The translations under genes were made by a program, and so were the position numbers. 64,000 bases of DNA from Owenia fusiformis. Taxonomy: Eukaryota. Positions 41,568 to 54,526 of this stretch are shown one piece after another. A model generated the notes under the pieces. That model made no database searches, was not told where the DNA came from, and worked only from the letters and a program-made list of their open reading frames with translations. Each line of letters begins with the position of its first letter. The first letter of the stretch is position 1. The DNA lies in assembly GCA_903813345.2 (NCBI GenBank), contig CAIIXF020000001.1, positions 18,166,001-18,230,000 on the forward strand, given 5' to 3'.

Positions 41568-42430
41568 GTCGTGTATCCTGAGGGAAAATATAGATATCCT
41601 ACCAAGGACCAAGGGGTTCTAATGAAAAAGTTCATGTTTCATTATGGAGGTTCTACTTATGTCGTGTATCCTGAGGAAAATAAAGGTATCCTACCAAGGA
41701 TCCAGAGGGTATAAGGGAAGATTGCATATTTCATTCTGTAGGTTTTGGAGGTTCTACTGATGTCGTGTATCCTGAGGGAAATATAGATATCCTACCAAGG
41801 ACCCAGAAGGCCTAAGAAAAGATTGCATATTTCACTCTGGATGTTTGGGAGGTTCTTCTTATGTCGTATATCCTGGGGGAACTATAGACATCCTACCAAG
41901 GGCTCAGGGAGTCTAAGGAAAGATAGCATATTTTACTCTGGTGGTTTGGAAGGTTCTACTTATGTCGAATATCCTGTGTCGTATGTTGTATATCCTGGGG
42001 GAATATAGATATCCTACCAATGGCCCAGTGGGTCTAAGGAAAGATTTCATATTTCACTCTGGATGGAGGTTTGGGGTCTACATATGCCGTGTATCCTGGG
42101 GGAATGTAGATATCCTACCAAGGACAAAGAGAATCTAAGGATAGATGTCATATTTCATCTGGATGGAGGTTTGGGAGGTTCTGCATATGTTCTGTTATGT
42201 ATCCTGGGGAAAATATAGATATCCTACCAAGGAGCAATGGGTTCTTAGGGAAGATTTCATATTTCACTCTGGAGGCTTGTGAGGTTATACTGATGTCGTG
42301 TATCTTGGGGGAAATATAGATATTCTAGCAAGGGCCCAAATTGTCTGAGGAAAGATTTCACATTTCATTTGGGGACGTTTTGGAAATGTGGAATATCCGA
42401 AGTAAAGTATTGACATCTTACCAAGGCCTA
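41568..42430. repeat. ~100-bp tandem repeat (about 8 diverged copies) in the Antp intron
   Basis: Variants of gtcgtgtatcctg.gggaaatatagatatcctaccaagg start at 41568, 41661, 41762, 41863, 41964/41985, 42086, ~42190 and 42295. Confidence 0.92.
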
Positions 42431-42505
42431 ATAGGGCTCACGGTAAGATTTTGTACTTCAAAGGATATACCACATATTCCAAACCGATTATCACACGGAT
42501 ATGTA

Positions 42506-42581
42506 CAGGGTGGCTGAAAAACGGAACCCACAAATCTTTGAATATTAAAAGGTTAGGGTTCTGCATTTTCGAGTGACCCTG
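42506..42581. mobile_element. very short degenerate MITE with CAGGGT termini (Tc1/mariner-like)
   Basis: ta|cagggtggctgaaaaacggaaccc ... gggttctgcattttcgagtgaccctg|tg, i.e. imperfect ~25-bp inverted ends. Confidence 0.4.
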
Positions 42582-45500
42582 TGTATGTGATGGTCCATAA
42601 TGGGAACAAACTTGCCAGGCTAATGTGCTCTAGAATAATTAGACATGTCATAAATGCTATATCTTTAAAATACACATTATTATCATTCTTGTGTCGTATT
42701 TAGTCAGTGATTACTATATTTATGTAAGGATGAAATCATAGGCTTGAAATCATGCCATGATCTTAAACTAGAAGGGTTATAGAGTGTGAATATTAATGAT
42801 ATGTTAATATATTATTTTCTGAAACAAGAGAAATCTTGTCAAATATAAATGTTATTGAAGATGATGGGAGAATATCCAAATCCATTAGAATTGACAACGG
42901 GGACGTCAACAATTTATTTTTTAGAAGGGGTGTTCACCTTTTCTTAAACTATTGCAAGATAATTTGAAAGGATGACCTGAAATCATAAGAAGCAAAATAT
43001 AATTGTCAAATTGACGCGTTTTCCCAAAATTACTTTGAATTTGTCTACTTCAACTGATTTGTAAAAGTAGTAACTTTTACTACTTCTACTAATGCGTTTA
43101 CATTTGTAATCTTTCTCAGTTTCAGAAACTGTAAGATTGTACACTATTGGACAGTGTTAATCAAGACATCTCACATTGTAAAGGCTCTGTGTCTTTGGAT
43201 GGTTCGGGTAATGTTCTGGTCTTGTAATCTGAACCTGATACAATCTTTAGAATGATTCCTTTGTGAGCCTTCTTATTCCACATGTATTCCTTCAAAAGAA
43301 CCATCCAATCACAAATAATAGAGCGTCATAAATCCTCATTAATTTCCTGAATCCGTGTACATGCTGACCACAAGTCATTTATTTAGGTCAAATTTGAGAA
43401 TCAAATGTGTGTTTGCACCCCGTGTTGAACATTCATCGGTTAAATCAGACGGTTTAGAAATATGTGCTCATTTGGAAGAGGACTTCGTCAAAAATTGAGG
43501 TATTTGCACAAAGACGTGTTTTAATAATTATTTGGGATACTGCAGCTTTGGTATTGACAGAAATGCAAACTTTTCATAATCAAACTTTATAAGGTAAGAA
43601 CTTTTTAATTTAAACAACATATTTAATTGTACTCAGGCTGTCACACGATTGAAATACACATTGAAAGCAGGACTAATAATTAGCATCAAATGGGCCAAGT
43701 CTTGACCTAAATATCAAGAAAAATTCGTTTGACATGAACTTACATTTACTGAAATACAAATTTAACTTATTATGGAAAAAAGCTATTACGAAGAGCCTAT
43801 TTATCTTGCTAAGAGGTTTATCTCTTTTGTCAAAGCTAACTAAATCACTCAAAGAATTCCCATCCAACATGTGCGCTAATTTCCCAAGACGGGATACTGT
43901 TTTGTATCCTATTATCTTGCACAAAACAGAAGCGCTCAATTTTAAAGGCTAAATAAAATTTATTGCATGATATATTGAAAACAATCAGTGAAATAAATGG
44001 TTATTTTATGCCTCGTGTCCTTTGTAATTACTAATTATCTGAAAACATTATTGACTTTAATTTTGTGGACTTCGCAAGTACGATGATGCTTACCACTTAA
44101 TGTAAATGCGGAGAAGCTAGAAAATCAACTAAGAAAATAGCTTTTATGGTTAATATCTGGCTTGTTATCTCAACAATGTTATTGAACATTAATATTACAT
44201 TTATTACCTTTTTCATTTTAGCATAAAAACAAGGACTAAAATATTTAAAGAAAGAAGTAAGCTCTGTTCGTAAATATTTTTTTCGACCAAGTAGAAATGA
44301 AATAAAAAGTTCATTAGTTACCTCTAGAATATCATATCACTCCATCAAAAAGATATTCGTGAAACCTGACCACTGGCCAGAATAAAGGATTGTATGTTAA
44401 AATAGAAGTGTGTAATAATAGTCACGGATGTCAGACTGTCATCTAACACTGACTGGCTTTTTACACGTATTTCATATCGTTGTCTTCATATTACTGTGAA
44501 CAACCAGTGTTGATGATCAACGACATGCAATCTGTGAATGAAGAAAATGGGACGTTATTGTATTTTTAATTTCAAGTGTAAATCATATTTTTTCAAATTC
44601 CAAGAATGAAACATGAAAGCATTAAAAAATATTACTGAATCACGATCATAAGTTCACTTCATAAATGACTTAATAAGTTCAAGCATAAAAGGATGAAAAT
44701 GACATGGACCCTATCCTGCTATGTACATACATGTATGTTCGATATTCAAAGTGAATGTTTCTCTAGTTTGATTTAATCGGAATCTTATTCATTTTCATAA
44801 GACCTTTGAAGACGTGTACCTGTATACTGTGTACGATATTGATATGAGATTTATTATATTTGACCCGGTATATGACCTACAAAGTTGAAAGCTATTATTC
44901 CAACCGTCTATGATTAGAATAGCAATATCTGCATTGCTTTTATAACTTAAGCTTATGTTATGTCATACCTGTCTCTCATAACTAACTTTTATCGCGGTCT
45001 TACAATGAAAAAATGGCTTGATGATGTATCTGTGATTTTGCCGACCATATCGAATAATATAAAATATTGATGATGATCACCAAACCCATGCGAAATAATC
45101 AATATTGTGCGTATAGCTCGGAATTCTCTTGTGCAATATAATATAGGGAACGGAAATAAAAATAATGAAACGTCTAGATTAAGTTGTATTTATTTTATAT
45201 TTTATTTTAAGATTGTCATTGATTTTAACGTAAAAAGCACACCGGGTCGAGAATATCGATATGCCCGCTAATTATTGTGATATTTTGCTCATCATGTTAG
45301 AGTTTAATGCTTCATATTAAATTGTAAAAGGAATTTGAGATCAGAGTTGATCATTCCCGATGGCTTATTTCTGCTGTTTACACAACGTGTACGTGTGCTA
45401 TAATATTATTAAAAACCGAAAACTACGTAATACAAGACATAAATCCAGAGAAATACGTACAACTTAAAATTATAACCACTTTACATTTTTCAATCAATAG

Positions 45501-48500
45501 ATGTCGGGCAGTTTTAGTATGGAATATCTCCGATAGATAGCAGCTACTGAAAGGGCACTTTGGTCAACCATTCAGCGTTTTTAATCCTTTTTGACGAATA
45601 TGAATGTGAATCGTATGGTTGTTAGTTTTCTAAAGCTACTTCCAGAATAGTGTGGTCTTGATTGTATGGCGATATGATCTGGTTGCTATGCTCGATAGGA
45701 ACATCGCTCATCCCTTGATTGATGGGAATGCAAGCCACTGAGATATCATTACTTCCCGTTGCTAGGCAACCTGTGGATCATTAGTTTTATGCTAACAGAG
45801 AAAGATCAATATACTTCATTAAAAAGTGAAATTGCATTGGTATGATCAAGGTAGTTAAAGCAAACTGTTCTTTTTGTTTTTAGTCATAGAAATGTATATT
45901 ATAGCGGTAACGTGTTATTGTGTCCAATATACAGTGTATTTGCATTGAATTCTCCAGTACAATTATAGTGATTATATACATGTACATATGATGTAATTTA
46001 AATTTTTAATCTCTGGTTATACAAACATGAAAACCGAAGATAATTGTCTTTCTCTACAATTCGATCTTCATATAAAGGAAAAAATAAGAAAAAATTGAAC
46101 TTAAAAGTTTAAAGTCATATTTATTTGTTTTCCCATATGCAGATGTCGCTAGTTGTATTTAGTACCGCACACCCGTAAGTTTTCTATCCTCATGCAAAAT
46201 AAATATAGTTTATGCCAGTACCCATTTAGGATTCTTCATGCCACAAAATGTTAAACAGTATTTGTAAATGAACATTACCCATTGTACTCATTATTTCCGA
46301 TAGCCCTAAAGTAGTTTAAACTAAGCAATCAATGGTGTCATGACAGAAATACTCCAGAGTGTATTTGTTAAATTGCACAGAAATTGACTTTCATGAGATT
46401 CCAGAATGAGTGTTCTAAAAGGCAATCTAGGGAAATAGCTGGATTAATTACTTTACTTTGAACGACTTAAGATTGACTTTCTGAAATCTAGGGTTCGGAA
46501 AACTAATTGCATTAACTTGTCTCAATGTCTTTCTTGCGTGAAGGTCATACATATTCACATATCCATGACATTTACTTTTTTCATCCTAATGGCATTATTT
46601 TTCCAAACCTGCGATTAGAAAGCAGTTTATTTCTCATTATGGTTATAAATTGCTTCCATGTTTAGGTTACCAGGGATCATGAAGGATAATTAACCGTGAA
46701 AAGATGAAAAACTTATTCTCGTAATTTGTAATTGAGATTATGTGTTTACATTCAGACAGCAATCTTCCTAATCCCACTGAAGACGTTTCATATGAATCAT
46801 TCATTTTTTCTGGATCTGAATTCTACACCAGGTTGTAATTTATTCAAAATTAAACTACTGAACCTCATTGTCATTCGGCTTCCATTGGTTACCTGGATGA
46901 GTCTGTAAGAATTGACTGTAAAACATAAATTCAAATATCTGCAAAACATACTGTATATTGTAGCATTCTAAGCCCCCCTCCCCCACCCCTTCAGTCCTCG
47001 CCTCAAAATATAATTTACTGTCTTCTTTGGACTACAATTTGAATCTATTATAAAATCAGCTTATAAATCAAAATGCATTGTTGCTCCGGATGGTTTGCAA
47101 TATGTTTTACTTATCTTAACTGACTGTTATGGTAATATAAATATGTTAAAGTTGATTTTATTTAGTCTGTACATGTGACTATTGTAAACTTTAGTAGGTT
47201 TAACTGATGCTTGGTAAAGTGTGTGTTCTTTGTTCCTTTTTTGATATATTTTAAAGATATTGTATGTGGCGATGATTGTAATATTACGTGCATGGTGGTT
47301 AATCTGGATCGTAATTCATGTCAAACAATGGAACAGGGATTTCTCGATGGTTTTCCATGTGGCCGTCTTTGGATCCTATTGTCTGTTTTTGAGCTGCTGT
47401 TTGCACACCAGATGTGATCTGATATGTGTAAAACCAGGATTTGGTAATATGTATCTTCTTTCATGTGGTAATGGGGGACAATTTAGATTTGGACTGTGTA
47501 ATGGGACATAATTGTGGCTTCTAAATGTCCGTCTAACTGTTTTCTAACGACTGCGGCAGTACTGTATCCTTTTTGAAGAAAAACCAAATCGTTTTAGTTG
47601 TCTCTTAAATTTTACTTTTCTTGCCATAGTCATTTCCTACTTCTTTCTTGTTTCAGCTACAATTAAAGGGCAATTGTTTTGTGAATTATTACAGATGGAA
47701 AATCTGCATAGTGTGGTTTTGTGTCATTCGGTCTAAAACGTTGTAAATCACTCAAACTTACACCAATACCAAATATGTGGTTTAGGGCTCATGATATATT
47801 GTGCAGAATTTGCATTCATTTTGAATGTATATATCGGGACACACATACATTTTAACTCTCTACTCTGTTACTGTTTTGTTACTTAACTATTGTTGTCTTT
47901 AAAATATTTATTTTGATTTTTGCCCTTTGGCTTACTCGTACAACTGTGAGTTCACCTTCTAGTAATGTCATCATAAATTAATGACTTTGTCACGTTATAT
48001 TTAAGTAATCAATTTGTACAATTACTGTGACAGCATTTCTACATTTTAGTCTCCAAAGGCAGAAAAACATATTTAGTGGTATTATTTTAATTAACTTAAT
48101 TTGTGAGCAAACATGTGCAAACTTACAGAATGAACAAACGGTGTAATTCTTATATTGTTTAGCATCGTATATTGCAATAACACTCTATTTAATCTCCAAT
48201 TACTATATAATCTTCAATTACTATTTAATTAAAGTTAATCATGTGTTATTACTCTTTAATGATCAAATGGTTATTTTATTGTACATCATCGGGTTTTTTA
48301 CGATGTGTTACTTGAACAACTTAATGATGTATTTTTTACAATAAAACAGTATGACCTTCATTCACCAGGCGGCCATCTTGATTTCGCTGACCTTTTCTAA
48401 CCTCGCGCATATCGAGTGGTATCCTCGTGTTGCTCGACTCACTATCAGATATCTGGCATTTTAAAACATTAATTAACTCTATTCATATATTGATACACTT

Positions 48501-51500
48501 GACTTAAATTGTTTTTATTCTGTTGTGTTTATAGATAATTGTGAAAGGTATACCAGGACAAACAGTCGGGGTACCGAGTTTTAGATACCGTATTTCTATT
48601 CTAAACCATTTACCAAATAAATCAGACGCCAAATCTAAAATCTAACTGGCATTTTATTGAATGGACTAAATATAATTGTATTTAAAAAGGAGGATATAAT
48701 GTATTTATTCGATCTGCTGTAGATCGCATGCCTGCCTCGCTGAGAACTTATTAATAATATATGTTCCGTTGCCTGGTAACGTTCTCCACCTTTGCTCTTC
48801 TCACATCAATCGTCCATGATTTTAGTACACATTTGGATTGCGCATTACTCTCTGCTAAATTTAGATTTTCGTGCATTTGTTTCTTCTTATCTTCACCCTT
48901 TAGAGGATGGAGGGCTGTCTTCAGCATTCCGTATTCTCGTTAAATGGTATATCTCTTTATATCAACTAAAGAATCGTTTTGTAGTGATTGGCCTTTACAC
49001 CTTTTCGGAAAATTTTGTCCTACACTGCACTCCGAATTTATTAGGAACATATTCAATGTATTGGCATGGCTTCCATAGAGTAGGGTTGGAATGAAGAATT
49101 ATACATTTAATGTTTACATGTAGATAAATACAAAAAACTCTTGCGTTGTGCTAGCTTATTACACTGACCAACACGCATTTTGGATATTTCAAGATTCTAA
49201 AAAGCATACTTTGGTTTGTTCATGGTATTTTCTACCGTCGATCATTAGTACTTAATATTATTTCCTGTTTTGTTGGGTGGTTTGAAACAGTTTTTATTTA
49301 TTTATTTGACAGAGAAGTCCAGGAATTGATTGTCTCCCTTTTGGTTAAGCATGTTTTTATTTTTGGTAATTTGTTTTGTTGTAATACGGTTCTACTGTTT
49401 GCGTGGATGTTCTGTTGATTTATATCATTAATAAAGTATTTGTTTAGCATTGGTTTATGTGCCATTAAACGTTTTCAATCAATTGTTTATTATTTATCGA
49501 ACAATTCAAGGTCAAATCAATACTAGTTATGTTAAATGATCTCATTTTGAAATTACGACAACAAGTGAATATGAATATTTTTCAAATCGTTTTGGTTTTT
49601 GTACTTTTTCTATAACCGTTAATATATGATATCCTTATACAAGGGGAATATTTCAGAATCACTGTGAATGATATATCATGCTTTTGTTTGTGGCCAATCA
49701 TGGACTAGAGGCTTTTTTATACCAATAATATTAATTTTGGCAACAACAACCATTTCGTCAAATTGCCGTATTTTAATTATATAAAGTTGTTAACAATGTG
49801 TAAAATCTTTTCCAACCAAATATTGTGCAAGCGATACTCATCTCATCCAGCAAATATATTTGGGAAATAACTAAATGGTTTTACAGCTTTTAAAATAACT
49901 ATAAGGAACCTCACTAAACCGTTCAAATTTCATCTCGTAAGGTATCCCCAATTATTTGCTCCGTGGATATATTCCATAAATATTGGCAACAGTGTACTGT
50001 ATAAAAATGGCTAATAAAGAAACTGTTTTATCTTCTTTATATGATGTATATGGTGAGTTAAGTACTAAGTCGATATGGTTAAAATATTTAGTTATTTGTT
50101 TTAAATAAATATTACTTACAATTTAACGTTTTATGCAAAGTATTCGTTAATTTAAGTTAGCTATCTTAAAAGTGGCATTAGACTTCTTCATATAAATTAT
50201 AACGTTACAAAAGTACATTTACTTAGCGTTTTTAATCATATTTTCCAACTTCTAATTGAATAGGTATATGTTTTCTATTTAAAGTTTTATGATGTTGTCA
50301 TAATAACTCATGAAAAAATATGTTTTTAACGAAATACAATTTATTTTCTTATATTCTCATTTATTTTATGGCATATTGTGCCATATAATCCTTTTATGTG
50401 ACGATTATTAATAGCATCTGTGAGAATGGAGTTTCAAATAATCATGTTATAAAATCTGATTTATTAACATGAACGTTTCCAGTACGAGAGTTTGAATATT
50501 GCAATTGTTTTTGAAAGGAAGAAATTGTTTCTATATGCCATTGATCATCCCTGCATGTTTGAATTCATAAACTTAAAAGTATAGGTATTTACGTGAATAA
50601 TTTGGAACAGATATAAAAACAAAATTAATACAAATAAAAAAATATACACAAATGATGTCCATTCATGTATATTTAGATAATTATGTGAAAACATATGGTA
50701 TATTAAGTGCTAATTTCCTGGTTTATCCCTTTTAAAAAGGATTTAAATTAAACTTAACTATGCGGTTAACCTCTGTGTGCAGTAATAAATATGAATATAA
50801 ACATAGTTTGCCTCGGTAAATATGTGTAAATTACATAAAACTGCATTGAGTATACACGGTGAGGCAGTTTTATACGAACTATTATGAACACAATTTTATG
50901 GAGGTACAACCATAATTAAAAACAACGAAATATAGAAATCCAAACAATTATTTATAATAAAAAATATTTAAAAGTCATCTTTATATCTATGACATAACAA
51001 TTTAGTAAAAATGTTTTATTTATCAAAGTTTGATAAGAGCATTTCTCTAGTTTTGAAATGGGTCGAATTACATAATGCTCAACTGACCAACTTTAACCGC
51101 CATTTTGAATTTGAATTACTGGTCAAGGTAGCAATACCACTCTTTAATAAAACAAGTAACATATGGACCATACATTAACTCAAAGAAATTAGATTATACA
51201 ACATTATATTGTCAGATGTGTGACACAGATTTTTATAATTTAAATATTGACAAATTACTCGGGTTTTGTTACATTTCGTTAATTTCGAAATGGCAATTGG
51301 CAATGCAGTAAATGAACTCTTACGAACTAAATAATTAAATTAAAAGTGTGACCATTTACCAGTTTATAAGATTAAAATTATAACTATTTTCACTTTATTT
51401 ATTGAGATTAACAATTTTTGTTTTTTAACATCTTTCATATCTATAAAACAATCAAATTGTGAAGATTTAATGCGAGGTTAATTTTATATCTTTACATCTG

Positions 51501-52943
51501 ATATTGCAGTACACGTTTAGATTCATATTATCGAATAATGTAGAGTGTAACATTTAAAAAAACAAAATAAATGCAATAACTGCCGCAAATTCGTTCATTT
51601 CCCATTGAATCGTTGTCCAACGTGGCTATCTGATTTCAGTGTTGTTATATTTTACTTTAATTACATGATATCAGTTTCTATCCTCTGGGTAATCATAACA
51701 TATTTCATCAACATGATATTTGAAGGAAAATTATTGAGTATCCATTAGAAGACACTCGCAAAAATATTAGTAAATCATTTTTGAGTTTTTTCTATTTTTC
51801 TATAGTTGCACACCGTGCTTTCTGATAATCGAGTGAATTATATAAATAAATTTAAGTGACGGAAAATTGAAACAACAAGACAATGTTATGCCATTTTATT
51901 TTTGCCTAAAAACTTGAGTTCTTTTTCTAATACAAGGTTGTTAGAAAATATTGTGTACCATCAAATATGACGACATTACAATTTATTTTCAGTTTTCTTA
52001 ATTCTAAGTGAGGCATGTGTATTTAAATAAGATCATGCTTACTATTGTAATTCAACATTACAGTTTTTCAAATTATATGAAAAAGTAATTGTTTTTAGGA
52101 TATATTAAATTAACATACACTACTGCTCATAATTATGGAATTATCCTTTATTGAATGCGATTATAAGCCAACCATATGAGGCGTACCACAGTTAATGTTG
52201 ATTGAAAAGCAAATAAAATATTCATTTAGAAGAACACATAATCTACATATTTTGCCTAAAATGATTTTGGCTATATCATGGGATTTTCTTGAAGCATATT
52301 TAAATGAAATGCTATTTAGGTGACGTTTTCAGTTGCACCAATGCATTAATCGAATTCTAAGATATTCAAAAGCATTGTACAGATGCGTCAAAATGTGTTA
52401 TTATTTTTAGTTACAGACAATAGTTTTTAAACTACAGACGTGCCATCATGAACTGAACTTCTGAGTAAAAATCAAGTTAGACAATATTTCAAAGATAGCT
52501 CACAAATGAATATTATAAAATGACACAAATATGTACTTATATACGAAGTATACATGAATTTAAGAAATCAATCGTCTATAACGATATATAGATAATCATA
52601 TGATAAACATATCCCATCCCATTTCTTATACATATAATATAACACTGTTTTGATTCATGATTTATCTGTTAATGCAATAAGCATGGACATGTAAAAGGTA
52701 GAAACAGATCTACAGTGTATAGGGGTAGACAAAATTGCAAGTAACATTTACAATTAACCTTCCAATACAATCTCAAATGCAATGTCTCCCAAAAGATCTA
52801 TGATATGTAATCATAATCAATAGGTGAAGTTTTTTTTAGATTTTAAGAGCAAACATTTGAATTTTCCCAGATTATAGATGCGTTACCTATATTTATAAAA
52901 AAAATGAATGCCTCATTGTTGAAATTTTTAGTTTCCCTCAAAT

Positions 52944-53190
52944 AAAGTATGCACATTGGTTATCAATAGTCAGTAATATTGATAAGCAAATAGGCAGGGA
53001 AAAAGGTGGGAAATTATGGGTACTACACTAGAATGGACTAGTGTGGTTGGATGCCTTAAAAAATAGAATATGATGGAAAATTGTGTGACTCCTATGATAT
53101 TATGTATATTGTATATGTTAATGCAAATGCTTTCAAATGTTTTTTCAATGAATAAAAAAAGGAATAAAAAATAAAAAGTATGCACATTGG
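52944..53190 (+). mobile_element. probable retroposed insertion (SINE or 5'-truncated LINE) with a 16-bp TSD and A-rich tail
   Basis: AAAGTATGCACATTGG at 52944-52959 and 53175-53190 flanks 215 bp that ends in aataaaaaaaggaataaaaaataa. Confidence 0.55.
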
Positions 53191-54467
53191 GGACTTTTAG
53201 AAAATAGACCTGACAAGGAATGATATGTACTAAAAGTATTCTAAAAATGTACTAATTTTTCTAAAGGTGGTTTGCTATAGATACTACCTTTAATATGTGT
53301 CATCTTGTGATGTCATTCACACCAGCTATATAATATTTCTCTGGGTCCAAAGTTGTAGTTCAATGGTAGAACCAGGAAAATTGATTCCGACACACTAAAA
53401 TTTTAATGATTTTCGTGAAAAAAGTTAAACAACAGCATTTTTTGTAGTCTTGCCTCAAGACTTTTGGCCCCTTATCTATTAGCACAGTGGGGGTGCAGCG
53501 GGGACTCACAAGGGCTTATAGCTAGACTACATTTTTTGTCATTTGAGAAAATGGGACACCAAAGTAAATTTGAATCACTGGGCGCCATCCCAACATTTTA
53601 ATAATTCAGCAAAATATGGCATTACACTTGCTTATGTAGTGGTGTACTTTTTCGAAAGAATGTGGGTTTTCTAAAGATACACAATTCGTGTGTTTGATCA
53701 TTAGTGTGGCTCAACCTCTGTTATGTCCCACTCGCAAATAAGTCCCAACTGTTGCTTAAAATACATTTTACATAATCGATACACTATAGATACACATACA
53801 TCTTTAAATAACAAGGCTTGAAAAATATGTAAGTACGCAAGCTGAGAAACTCCAAGATCAGTGCACTGATTGCGTAGTAGTATTTACAGAAAAGAGGATT
53901 CATTGTCTCATTGTTCATTGATTGTGTCCATTGCAAGTAACAATCGTTTTTAGAAAGGTGATAGAGGTTGACCCCTTTAAAAATAAATGTTGTCAAAATG
54001 AATCCTATTGATAGATGATGCTGAAAAATAAGTCATGATGAAAACTGTTTTCCCCATTGAAATCTAAAGGCTACAACCAACCAACCTAAAATAAGCTGAT
54101 TTTGATTTTTGATTTGTCTTTATTAACCATATGTGTATTGATTCATAATGATATTCTTAAATATCTCAACAGCAAATACAAGGAGTGTATTATTCGATGA
54201 ACGCCTAGAAGGGACTATAGATCATACGAAACTATTTTTGCATTTCGATTATCCTGTAATAGTATCCCAAAGTCACTTCATTGCAATCAATGAGTTATTG
54301 AGGTTATGGTTTGAGGGCTCCTTTTTGACATTATTTGTGCTTTTTGTGATACCTCTGATTCTGAGGTGGCGTTTTAACATGTGCTAAAATGTCTGCAATC
54401 GTGTTATGTTTAACAGCAAAAAATCGTTTTAGTAAAATAATAGTACAATAACGTCATTTCGAAGGGC

Positions 54468-54526
54468 AATATAGTGAAATATTGGACCGAGGGCCGAAGG
54501 CCCAAGGTCCACTATTTCACTATATT
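54468..54526. repeat. 59-nt hairpin with a C(GAA)G tip, probably the core of a non-autonomous DNA element
   Basis: aatatagtgaaata-t-tggacc-ga-gggcc-GAA-ggccc-aa-ggtcca-c-tatttcactatatt, giving stems of 14, 6 and 5 bp. Confidence 0.8.

Noticed and set aside
47245-47560. minus-strand ITIQI..NITIIATYN resembling a LINE endonuclease strand
   Set aside because: Too short and degenerate to support a call.
48760-49000. minus-strand stretch faintly resembling a Crypton recombinase N-terminus
   Set aside because: No catalytic motifs visible; the similarity is subjective.
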